From: Escherichia coli
Lineage (GTDB): Bacteria > Pseudomonadota > Gammaproteobacteria > Enterobacterales > Enterobacteriaceae
Assembly (NCBI RefSeq): GCF_048403405.1
Contig: NZ_CP183131.1
Length of the DNA: 64,000 nucleotides
Direction: 5' to 3' (one strand)
Part shown: positions 27,518-36,029 of the stretch, piece by piece
Layout of the letters: the number at the start of each line of letters is the position of its first letter
Numbering within the stretch: position 1 is the stretch's first letter
Notes under the pieces: model-generated
Database searches by the model: none
Seen by the model: only the letters and a program-made list of their open reading frames with translations
Told to the model about the DNA's origin: nothing
Translations under genes and position numbers: made by a program

Positions 27518-28830
27518 TTCTTGGTTCCCCCGGTGGAACGAATTTGTAGCTTGGTTCCTTTGGTCACGATGATGTCTACCTGACGGCCAGCATCGACCTC
27601 GATAACGGGGAAGATGCCTTCGGCCATGTCGATATAGAACTGAGCGATGCGATCTAGCGCCTTACTGGCCCCCTTCACTGCTGCTCCCTGCAACATCTGG
27701 TCGGAGAACACAGACTGGTACTGGGTATTTGAGCCAGGGTTAGTGCTGACGACCGGCACAGGATTGACGTCAAAGGCTTCGGAAACGCCACCAAGGAAGC
27801 CTGCCATCAAGCTCTTGGCGATGATTTGCCCCTGCTTCGATACGACGCGACCACGGACACCGGCCTTACCGTCTTCACCCACTGCATAGGAATCCAGCTT
27901 CGCTTCTATGACCCCCCCATCATCCCGAACGCACGAGAAGGTCTCGCCACGCAGGTACGCTCGCTCTGAACTGAGATCTCCATAGCCTGAAACAATCAGG
28001 AAGCACTCACGAACATCCGCACGGAAGCGGTTAGGCAAAATAGCCTCTTTCTGAATCCTGAGGGTCGAAGGGAACGGATCTCGACGAGCACCTTGAGATG
28101 TTGGTGCGTCCATACCGTTGATGAGCACCCCTGTCAGGATGGAGCCAGAAGGTAGGTAGATAGACTCATCATCCTTGTTGTCCTTCTCTTCAACTTCTGG
28201 CGCTTTCTGCGAGTAGCTCACTATTTGGATGCCTGGTTTAGTTGCATCACGACCGTCTCCCTTGCCAGTTGCAGGAGCCCCACCCTTCGAGTCAGGAAGC
28301 GGTGCGTCCCGAAAAAAGGATGCTGGATCTTTGTAGTCGAGCTTTTTCTCCATGAACTGACCATCACCACCAGATGCACCATTAACATCGGCTCTGGCAT
28401 CCTCTGATGAAGAGGATGTTTTTCCACCAGCAGCGCCGGTTTCGACTTTCTTAGCCAATTCCATGTTCTTCTGGGTCAGGCGGTCCAAATCTTGACGAAG
28501 GCGGGTCATCTCACGGCCAACATCACTGGATTTCCCGGCAGTGGTTTTGGTTTCCTCCAGCTCTTTCTTGACTCGTTCCAGCTCCTTTTTCAGGTCGGAG
28601 TTTTCACGAGACACCATCTTCACATCGGCAGACAACGAATCTATCCCGATCTCACGGGTGTTTTTGTCTGTGAGAACGTGCTTGATGGTTTCTTGGCGAC
28701 CGCGCTTCTCTTCTTTCTTGGGTTCACCAGAGAACATTGTCACGACCGCAAAAAGAACGAAGACGCCGCCAGCGATAGACACCCAACGCTTCTTGTTGGG
28801 GTCTAACTGTGTCCAAAATCGCTTAATCAT
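27514..28830 (-). CDS. traB: TraB-like T4SS inner-membrane protein
   Basis: 438 aa, N-terminal TM helix, coiled-coil, synteny. Confidence 0.7.
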   Translation of the reverse strand: MIKRFWTQLDPNKKRWVSIAGGVFVLFAVVTMFSGEPKKEEKRGRQETIKHVLTDKNTREIGIDSLSADVKMVSRENSDLKKELERVKKELEETKTTAGKSSDVGREMTRLRQDLDRLTQKNMELAKKVETGAAGGKTSSSSEDARADVNGASGGDGQFMEKKLDYKDPASFFRDAPLPDSKGGAPATGKGDGRDATKPGIQIVSYSQKAPEVEEKDNKDDESIYLPSGSILTGVLINGMDAPTSQGARRDPFPSTLRIQKEAILPNRFRADVRECFLIVSGYGDLSSERAYLRGETFSCVRDDGGVIEAKLDSYAVGEDGKAGVRGRVVSKQGQIIAKSLMAGFLGGVSEAFDVNPVPVVSTNPGSNTQYQSVFSDQMLQGAAVKGASKALDRIAQFYIDMAEGIFPVIEVDAGRQVDIIVTKGTKLQIRSTGGTKK

Positions 28831-29744
28831 TGGGCACCTCCCAGCAGCGATGGACGCTTAGACGTTGGTGCGAGACCACGCTTCTGCTTCTTCGCCACAT
28901 AGATCTCCGTCTTCTGGCCGGGCTCAAGCACGTTAAGCGGCCACGTAGTCACCGCAGCCACATCCCAGCTCCCACACAACGCCTCTTTGAACTCAATAGG
29001 CTGATCAGAGACGTTCAGGGCGACACCGATGAACACGTTAAGGTGGTGGCCCATCATGTATTGCCCCTTGCTAAAATCCACCTTTACCCCAGGATGAGCG
29101 CAGCTCGGCACCGCAGCACCAGCAGGGATGCGGTTCAACGTGTAACCTTGAGGGACTTCACCAAGAGCAATCTTTCGGAATACTGACCGGATGGTTTCGA
29201 CATAAGGCTGGCTCTGTTCCCAGGTCTCAGCCTTGGTATTGGCAAAAGCACCAGTGATACCTACACCACCATCGAGCTTGAGAAAGACTTCTCTGGGCGG
29301 AATACGACGGGGAACCATCGTCAGGCTGAGAGCTTGGGCTTCCGAGCCTTTTTCAGTAATGAACATAGTCACCGGATACTGCTTATCCGTGGCGACATAG
29401 ACCACATTCTCTTTGATGCAGACCTCACCACACTGGCCGTTATCCGTCGCCCCGGTCAGAGATGTTGAAACGATCTCAGGATTGCTGAAAGGCGTGACGA
29501 TTCGGTTCGGATGACCAACGGCTATCGGGATGATCTGGTTAACCCCCGGCTTCATCGTCAGTAAGGGGTTTTCATTCATGCTGCCCACAACCTCATGGGA
29601 GCTTTGTCCTGACGTCACAGGGGCAGGAACATCCTTTTTCATAACACTGGCCGGGACAACAGGAATGTCATCCGAGGCATAGGCCATTGAAGTTCCAAGC
29701 GCCAAGGACAGCGCCAGGAGCGAAAGTTTAGCGTTGTTCTTCAT
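28827..29744 (-). CDS. traK: TraK-like T4SS secretin-like protein
   Basis: Signal peptide; synteny traE-traK-traB; overlapping stops and starts. Confidence 0.65.
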   Translation of the reverse strand: MKNNAKLSLLALSLALGTSMAYASDDIPVVPASVMKKDVPAPVTSGQSSHEVVGSMNENPLLTMKPGVNQIIPIAVGHPNRIVTPFSNPEIVSTSLTGATDNGQCGEVCIKENVVYVATDKQYPVTMFITEKGSEAQALSLTMVPRRIPPREVFLKLDGGVGITGAFANTKAETWEQSQPYVETIRSVFRKIALGEVPQGYTLNRIPAGAAVPSCAHPGVKVDFSKGQYMMGHHLNVFIGVALNVSDQPIEFKEALCGSWDVAAVTTWPLNVLEPGQKTEIYVAKKQKRGLAPTSKRPSLLGGAQ

Positions 29745-30354
29745 GCTTTCTCCGGTTTTCTTCTTTGCGCTGGAGTTGCTCCAAAACAGTTTTGGTGCGT
29801 GGCTTTCCTACATAGGTGTCGATGTAGTCCAGCACGGGCGCGTAGTTTGAAATCTTGATGGCGAACTCGTAGGAGCGTTCGCTACGCTCTTCGTTAGAAG
29901 AAGCCCCTTTGACGTAGGAATATCCGTAGACAAACACCTTGTCGCTCTTGGGCTCGTACTCAACAAAACGCGGCTCAAACCGCATGGTTACGCGGTCGTT
30001 CTTGATCTGTTGAGCTTGAATTTCGATGGCATCAATCACGTCCTGATAGATGCTCGGGGAGAGAAGCGGGGTGATCCGTTCTTTCACAAAGTCAACGGTT
30101 CCTGGCGTCACATTGCCAAGGAGCTGAGCAAAAGCGAAACCCCAAGCCTCTTTATAGGACTGAGAGGCGTTATTTTTCGTCACCCAGGCTTCTTCCGTGA
30201 GCGTGAAAGGCTGGATAGTGACGATGGTTTCCTTGCTGAATACTTGGACCACCAGCAGGAAAACGATAGCAATAAGACCACCCTGGAAGATTCGTCCCCA
30301 CTTATTTTCTGTTTGGGTCCCTTCCCAGGTCTTGAGATACTTTTTCAGGTTCAA
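29728..30354 (-). CDS. traE: TraE-like T4SS protein
   Basis: N-terminal TM helix; synteny. Confidence 0.65.
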   Translation of the reverse strand: MNLKKYLKTWEGTQTENKWGRIFQGGLIAIVFLLVVQVFSKETIVTIQPFTLTEEAWVTKNNASQSYKEAWGFAFAQLLGNVTPGTVDFVKERITPLLSPSIYQDVIDAIEIQAQQIKNDRVTMRFEPRFVEYEPKSDKVFVYGYSYVKGASSNEERSERSYEFAIKISNYAPVLDYIDTYVGKPRTKTVLEQLQRKEENRRKHEEQR

Positions 30355-30632
30355 GGCAAATACCTCCGGACAAACGGATTCTTGAGAGATTTGGCCTTGG
30401 TCATGATGAACCCGGCCCAGTAGATCATGTGGAGCAGGTATCCATCCGGATGGTTATCCCTGAATCGGCGATAAAGGTTGGTTACAAGTAACCCCCCCAG
30501 AAAGCAGATCAGGGCCTTACCGATGATGACCCCTATCGTTAGCCCCAAAAGCATCGGGGCCAACTCATCTGCGCTCCACAACAGCAGATGCGGGGGCTCA
30601 TCGACCCGGCGCGGTATCTTTACAGGCTTCAT
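30351..30632 (-). CDS. traL: TraL-like T4SS protein
   Basis: 93-aa membrane protein at head of traLEKBVA block. Confidence 0.65.
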   Translation of the reverse strand: MKPVKIPRRVDEPPHLLLWSADELAPMLLGLTIGVIIGKALICFLGGLLVTNLYRRFRDNHPDGYLLHMIYWAGFIMTKAKSLKNPFVRRYLP

Positions 30633-30776
30633 AGCAACCCTCTTCTTTTCCTAGTGGCCTGTATTCTCATTCAGGGTCACTGATTTTCTGCCACGGCTTC
30701 GCGCCCTTTTCGGGCACTTCCAGCGACAAATAAAAAAAGGCGGCCTAAGCCGCCTTTTTTGCGTTTACTGGATCGG

Positions 30777-31142
30777 TTATTGATTTTGAGGAACCGCTTC
30801 CGAATGTTTTTCCGAAGCCGCAACGCTAACTTCATTGGCTGGTCGGGCCACCCCCAGAGTTTTCACTTCCTTGTTAGCATTGGCTTTAAACTTGAACATC
30901 AGACTGTACGCCGCCAGCAGGAAGAAGCTGAGAATGCCCCAGTAGGTCTGAACCGTGCCCAGAGCCTTGGCCGGGTCACTTGCAGCTCTGTTGGCCGTAT
31001 CAGCAGCCAACTTAACCCACTGACTCCAGTCAAAACCTGCCGCAAAAGCAGACAGCCAAAACGCGACGGCCACTGGAACGATGAAGATGCACATCAGCAC
31101 CGCGTTCATCAAAAACCAGAAAAATTGTTTATTAAGGTTCAC
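30777..31142 (-). CDS. hypothetical membrane protein
   Basis: Two predicted TM helices; probable GTG start after GGAGGA; first sizeable gene downstream of the 31371 box. Confidence 0.5.
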   Translation of the reverse strand: MNLNKQFFWFLMNAVLMCIFIVPVAVAFWLSAFAAGFDWSQWVKLAADTANRAASDPAKALGTVQTYWGILSFFLLAAYSLMFKFKANANKEVKTLGVARPANEVSVAASEKHSEAVPQNQ

Positions 31143-31150
31143 ACTTCCTC

Positions 31151-31297
31151 CCATTAACCTAGAAAATTGAATGCGTGTTCCAGGTTCATCCCTGCAACAA
31201 CACCTATAACGAACATCACCTGCCAGACAAGGAACTGCCAGGAGATGAATGAACCAGATGAGCTTTCGCTTTCTCTGACGTGAGCTTGTGCGGACAT
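31151..31297 (-). CDS. possible small membrane protein (48 aa)
   Basis: ATG preceded by GGAGGG; hydrophobic segment FLVWQVMFVIGVVAG; below ORF-track cutoff. Confidence 0.3.
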
Positions 31298-31370
31298 AGA
31301 CCCTCCAAATAACTTGTCGTCATCACGGAGTAATCGTCTCTTAATTGATCAATCTAGGAACAGTGCTGTT

Positions 31371-31385
31371 ACGGCCCATTTTGGG
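31371..31385. promoter_or_regulatory. GCCCAWTTTGGRCA-type box ~74 bp upstream of the small-ORF/traL operon start
   Basis: GCCCATTTTGGGCAC preceded by CTGT. Confidence 0.5.
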
Positions 31386-31433
31386 CACTTTATGGAGGTT
31401 TATTCGAGGAGATGATAAGAGCGGGAGGCGAAA

Positions 31434-31453
31434 AACTTTCACATGTGAAAGTT
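31434..31453. promoter_or_regulatory. perfect 20-bp palindrome AACTTTCACATGTGAAAGTT (parS-like)
   Basis: Same 16-bp core as at ~49316 and ~52721. Confidence 0.6.
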
Positions 31454-31477
31454 CAAAGCGGCCAATGGCCGCTTGTT

Positions 31478-32140
31478 TCACACTGTTCTATTGTAACGGA
31501 GTTCTCGATAAGCATCCCATGCTTGCTCTGATGAGACACCTCGACAACCAACATCTGTGGCGCACTCAAGGTCCATCTTGTACTGCTTAACCTTCTGGTC
31601 TGCTGTATCGCCCCAGCTCATGGCTGATGGGTACTTGGAAACACTAAACACATTTTCAAGTTCAGCCTGATAGTCGTCGTTTTGTAACAGAGGTTCGGTT
31701 TCACCATCATCCCAGCGAATGTAAGCCTTACCCTGGAGAGCCTTCAAATGCAAAGGCACCAGTAAGGTGGAAATCACTTCGTCAGCCCTGATGTCTTTGT
31801 AAGCACACCAGTGAGGTTTAACGGTGATCACACCATTTACCAAAACGATGTCACACGCCAGTGTCGCTTCAACATTATCGTTAACATCCTGCCGAGCGTA
31901 GATCTCCACGAAACCAACCTGCTCTGGAACAACCTTGTCGATGAAGCTCCAAAAGCTGGGGTACGACGTTCCATCGCTGAGCGTCAACTGACCGTCATGC
32001 TCTTTCAGCATACGGTTCAGTTGTGCAGTGAAGAACTCTGCCGACACTTTTCTTGCCAATGGTTCCATATCACTCAGTCGTAGAGTGGCTCCTGCACCCC
32101 CCTCATACACCTCTCCAAAAAAGAAATCTCTCTTACGCAT
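31478..32140 (-). CDS. hypothetical protein (220 aa)
   Basis: ORF in the traD-to-traL interval; terminator-like hairpin downstream. Confidence 0.55.
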   Translation of the reverse strand: MRKRDFFFGEVYEGGAGATLRLSDMEPLARKVSAEFFTAQLNRMLKEHDGQLTLSDGTSYPSFWSFIDKVVPEQVGFVEIYARQDVNDNVEATLACDIVLVNGVITVKPHWCAYKDIRADEVISTLLVPLHLKALQGKAYIRWDDGETEPLLQNDDYQAELENVFSVSKYPSAMSWGDTADQKVKQYKMDLECATDVGCRGVSSEQAWDAYRELRYNRTV

Positions 32141-32517
32141 TAGACTTTGCCTCCTTTAATCGCTTGCTGGGTCAGCTTGATCCAGTTCAACGGGTTTTCA
32201 CAGTCAACATGGTTGCCAGCGGCACCAACTACCGTTTTGTATGCCTCCGAGCCTGCCGCTGTGTGTACTGCCAGCATAAACGAAAACATAGGGTCATTTT
32301 GCATGGTGCCAATCATCATTGCACTGGAAGTGTCTTTGAGCTGGCAGTTTTCAACCCGCAGATTGAGTACATCTTTTGCCACCATCTTACAGTCGGGACA
32401 CACCTTCTCAAGGTTCTTGAGCTTTGCGTCGTCATTGAGCACATCAGGAGCCGCGATGGCAGTACCGGCCATACACAGCCCCAGTGCCAGCAGTTTGAGT
32501 TTATTGGTTACTTTCAT
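32140..32517 (-). CDS. exported protein with CPDC motif (possible thiol-disulfide oxidoreductase-like)
   Basis: Signal peptide MKVTNKLKLLALGLCMAGTAIA; CxxC motif. Confidence 0.5.
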   Translation of the reverse strand: MKVTNKLKLLALGLCMAGTAIAAPDVLNDDAKLKNLEKVCPDCKMVAKDVLNLRVENCQLKDTSSAMMIGTMQNDPMFSFMLAVHTAAGSEAYKTVVGAAGNHVDCENPLNWIKLTQQAIKGGKV

Positions 32518-32526
32518 GGTTCCTCT

Positions 32527-32973
32527 CTATATCGTTCCAATTTCGTTTCGGTAAAAGAACAGTGGCCCAGTGACTGTTCTGAGTTCCGGCGTTACTTGCT
32601 TTACTCTTGAGCAAATATGCTGCTTGAAAAAGTTGTGGTATCCGTACAAAGCTGGGCGTGTAAAAACGGAATAGATAATGAGGGTGATGGCCGCACCAGC
32701 GGCCCACCCGATCACGTCCGGAGAGATAAGTCCTGGCACGTCTGAGATACGTTCTGGTTCAACCAAGCGGCACACCACCAGCACCCAGAACCACATTACC
32801 GGCATCACAAAGATCATCTTTCCGACGCAAGCAATGAGCACCTTCACCAAATTCAAGCTCTGCGCCCAGTAAAGCCACAACGCAGACAAGGATTGGCGAC
32901 GTATCACCTGGTAGACGTTCAATGGGATGTCGCACAGATGCACCCCATCTTGATTTATAACGGAGTAGCTCAT
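32527..32973 (-). CDS. hypothetical inner-membrane protein
   Basis: Multiple hydrophobic segments. Confidence 0.5.
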   Translation of the reverse strand: MSYSVINQDGVHLCDIPLNVYQVIRRQSLSALWLYWAQSLNLVKVLIACVGKMIFVMPVMWFWVLVVCRLVEPERISDVPGLISPDVIGWAAGAAITLIIYSVFTRPALYGYHNFFKQHICSRVKQVTPELRTVTGPLFFYRNEIGTI

Positions 32974-32982
32974 CCTCCCTCC

Positions 32983-33612
32983 CTATACCCGTTTCTGGAG
33001 GTTGCCGAACGTCAGGCCAACCAGGACACAGCACGTCATCATTGTCATCGGGATGACAACCGGATCGAGCGCTATGGGGATGAAGAACGCGATGAACAAT
33101 CCGGCCATCAGGTACATCGTTCCGCGAACGCTATAACGATGGAGAACCGGACTCGCATAATCGAAGTTGGTCCGCTTAATTCGCCATGTCATCATCCCGT
33201 CATATACCGCAGGTACGAACAGGATCAGCATATAGGGAGCCCACGCGGCTAACAGCGCCAACCGTGTGTAGAACTGGTAAATGACGTTGACAAAGGCTTC
33301 CATGCGGCCTTTGACCCACACAAACCAGCCCTTGCCCATATCCTGCATCCCCTTGGACTTCTGGCGCTCCTCTTCTGATGGGATCAGCGTTTGGTACATC
33401 CCCTCATAGAAGCCTGAATCAATAACGCTCGACCTGAACCAGGTAGATGCTTTGTTCTGTATCCAGTCTCTTGCTTCGACACCAAGACTCTGTTCCACCA
33501 GCACGGATTCCCTTTTGATGGCTCTGTCTGTCCAGTCGCCAGGGATCAGCAGCAATATTGCCAGCAACTCAATAACCAGCAGCCATGCGACCAGCAACCA
33601 CGGCTTCTTCAT
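32983..33612 (-). CDS. hypothetical inner-membrane protein
   Basis: N- and C-terminal TM helices; located downstream of traD. Confidence 0.5.
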   Translation of the reverse strand: MKKPWLLVAWLLVIELLAILLLIPGDWTDRAIKRESVLVEQSLGVEARDWIQNKASTWFRSSVIDSGFYEGMYQTLIPSEEERQKSKGMQDMGKGWFVWVKGRMEAFVNVIYQFYTRLALLAAWAPYMLILFVPAVYDGMMTWRIKRTNFDYASPVLHRYSVRGTMYLMAGLFIAFFIPIALDPVVIPMTMMTCCVLVGLTFGNLQKRV

Positions 33613-34153
33613 AGTCGGTTCTCCTTAAAACAGTTTTCACGCTCTCACAGGTGATGAGCTCATACAGCAAGCCACGCAAAGAGGTCTCATCCTCATGGGG
33701 CTGCGGGTTAATGGATAGTTCTCCTGGATGGGAAGAAAGCCACAGTGAGAACGACTCTCCTGAATCGACAGACCATGAATCACCGCCACTATCGACAATT
33801 TGCACTTCCAACGCCCGGCAGGTTTCGGTGATCAGGGTTTCCAGAAATGCCCCAATTCTGGCCGGGTCTTCATATTTCTCTCTCTGCTCATGAAACACGA
33901 GCTGGCTGTAGCGATGCAGAGCTTCTTCAATGATCGGGTAAATCACAGGCTCCTGATTAGCCTTAATCCCGTCTGTGATGTAGCAGCTCAGCTTCTCGAT
34001 GATGGCCTCCGATGCAGGCCAGTCGAATTGGAGGATGCTCAGGATGTGAGCGTTCTTGCGGCCACGACTTTTCAATTCATTCATAACCCTGTCGAAAGGG
34101 TTCACATCGACCATGATGGCTACCTCGTAATCTCTATACTTCTTGTCACACAT
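33569..34153 (-). CDS. hypothetical protein (194 aa)
   Basis: ORF immediately downstream of traD; start uncertain. Confidence 0.5.
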   Translation of the reverse strand: MCDKKYRDYEVAIMVDVNPFDRVMNELKSRGRKNAHILSILQFDWPASEAIIEKLSCYITDGIKANQEPVIYPIIEEALHRYSQLVFHEQREKYEDPARIGAFLETLITETCRALEVQIVDSGGDSWSVDSGESFSLWLSSHPGELSINPQPHEDETSLRGLLYELITCESVKTVLRRTDYEEAVVAGRMAAGY

Positions 34154-34163
34154 AGCTCTGCTC

Positions 34164-36029
34164 TTACTGGGTCAATATGGGCAGACGGCCTTTTACGATT
34201 GTTCCGCCTGAAATTTTGGCTATGTATTCCAGGTTCGGAAGCATTCCCAATAACTGGGCTGGGAACAGATCAGCTTCCTCCTCCATCAAACGCTCGCCTT
34301 GGTTGCCTCCGTGCATAATGGGCTCCTTGCCATCCGAGTTCTGGCCTTGAGTCCGCATGACGTACTTGAGCCGGGTCTTCGGCAGGTTATCCGCGATATA
34401 CTCCTGGGTTTCACCATCGACGATACGCAGAGCAAACGTGTTGTTGATGTTCCCCAACACCTGGAGCGCTTTGTCTTTGCTACCCAGTCGAGCTGCGAAG
34501 TCAGCAAAAGTCTGAGTTGCAACGAAAAGACGAAGTTTCGCACCGCGACCTTTGTTCAGGAGCTGGATGAACGGGTCGTTGATCACCTCGGCAGCCTCAT
34601 CAACAAAGATATTTACGGGTCTGTTGTTGACGCCGTAGTTGTATCTGTCACCGGCAACCGCTGTCAGGTCTGACAGGAAGATGGACCCCATAGCACTACC
34701 AACCATGTTGTCGGTCAGGGAGTCGAGCCCCAGATAAGCAACTTGAGCGTTGTTGATGATTTTTGCGGAATCGGTGATCTGGCGTTCGTCGCTCAGATCA
34801 GATGAGTCTGGAGACAGCAGAGGGCCTAGCTCCCCGGACGTCAGCATATTCATGATCGGCAGGAGGTTCGCCACCATCTTGGAGAAGTGGGTTTGGTCGT
34901 GCTGGAACATCGACAGCAAGCCTTCCAGGTCAGAGTTCGGGTGCTCAGGTTGGATGATGTCGTAGTAGAACTTCATCAACGCGAAAGCGATCTTCTCACG
35001 CGAACCGTTTTTGGCTTTTTCCAAGTAAGCCGCTGCTTCTGCCTCCCAGTCGGGCATAACTCGCTCTGAGTAAGCCTGAACGGCCTTGATGACCAAGCCA
35101 GCAGCGCCACCTTCAAGGAATCGGCGGAGCTTTGTCAGGTTGGGACGATCATGAGTGATGACCAAGCCCTGAGCGATGTTGTTCAGTGCCTGCCATCCAA
35201 ATGATTTGAACGGGTCGGCCCCTGCTTCGGACGGGATCAACGCTGCCAAACGACTTGCGATTTCAGTCACGCGGGTGAAGTTACGCAGAGGGTCGATACG
35301 CACCGACTCTTCCGGGAATGCTGGATGAAATGAGACGAATCTTTCCGGCTGCCCCATAGCTTCACAGGCACGTCGGGCATTGTCCCGCATCTCCTTATCC
35401 CCTTTCGGGTCTATGATGATCACGGCTTCCCCACGCAGAATGGCCTGTGAAATCAGGATGTCGAACATACGGGTCTTGCCCGAGCCGGTGGTCCCAACGA
35501 TCAGCGAATGCCCCTCAGTGTGCTTGAGTGGCTGCATCAGCTTCTCTTCTTTGGGCTCTACCCCGTGAATCCAGGGCTGGCCGATTGGCAGCTCCTTTTT
35601 CTTACCCTGTATCTTCCGGACAACCTTTTTGACCGTGGACTCTCTCCCTACGATGGAAGTCCAGTCGCGTTTCAGGATCTCAAACACGCGCTGGGCATGG
35701 CGGTTTTCCCACAGGAACCCACTACCAAGCCACATATCGTCCGGCGTGTCCTTGATGTACTTTTGGAGCTCCGCAATGGAAATAAACTCCAGATCACGCC
35801 CCTTCAAATGCTTTTGGAGCAGGTGAAGTTTGATAGCCTTGGGCAAACGAGCCATCGCCATCACGCCACAGATCCCCGTCATCCAATAGAATGGCTCCGG
35901 CGGCATCGTGCTGACTTGCTCTACGGCCAAAGCCGCGCCGGAGGCGGCAAGCCAGCCTGCTACAGCATTTTTTTCATAGTTGGGCCGCCACGGCATCTCG
36001 TAGGCGAGCGGGTCATAACTCATTGTCAT
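34164..36029 (-). CDS. traD: TraD/VirD4-family type IV coupling protein
   Basis: Walker A VGTTGSGKT; N-terminal TM helices; overlaps traI stop. Confidence 0.9.
   Translation of the reverse strand: MTMSYDPLAYEMPWRPNYEKNAVAGWLAASGAALAVEQVSTMPPEPFYWMTGICGVMAMARLPKAIKLHLLQKHLKGRDLEFISIAELQKYIKDTPDDMWLGSGFLWENRHAQRVFEILKRDWTSIVGRESTVKKVVRKIQGKKKELPIGQPWIHGVEPKEEKLMQPLKHTEGHSLIVGTTGSGKTRMFDILISQAILRGEAVIIIDPKGDKEMRDNARRACEAMGQPERFVSFHPAFPEESVRIDPLRNFTRVTEIASRLAALIPSEAGADPFKSFGWQALNNIAQGLVITHDRPNLTKLRRFLEGGAAGLVIKAVQAYSERVMPDWEAEAAAYLEKAKNGSREKIAFALMKFYYDIIQPEHPNSDLEGLLSMFQHDQTHFSKMVANLLPIMNMLTSGELGPLLSPDSSDLSDERQITDSAKIINNAQVAYLGLDSLTDNMVGSAMGSIFLSDLTAVAGDRYNYGVNNRPVNIFVDEAAEVINDPFIQLLNKGRGAKLRLFVATQTFADFAARLGSKDKALQVLGNINNTFALRIVDGETQEYIADNLPKTRLKYVMRTQGQNSDGKEPIMHGGNQGERLMEEEADLFPAQLLGMLPNLEYIAKISGGTIVKGRLPILTQ

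Noticed and set aside
31345-31590. 81-aa plus-strand ORF downstream of the 31371 box
   Set aside because: Overlaps the parS-like palindrome and terminator hairpin and runs into the convergent 31478..32140 gene; no RBS.
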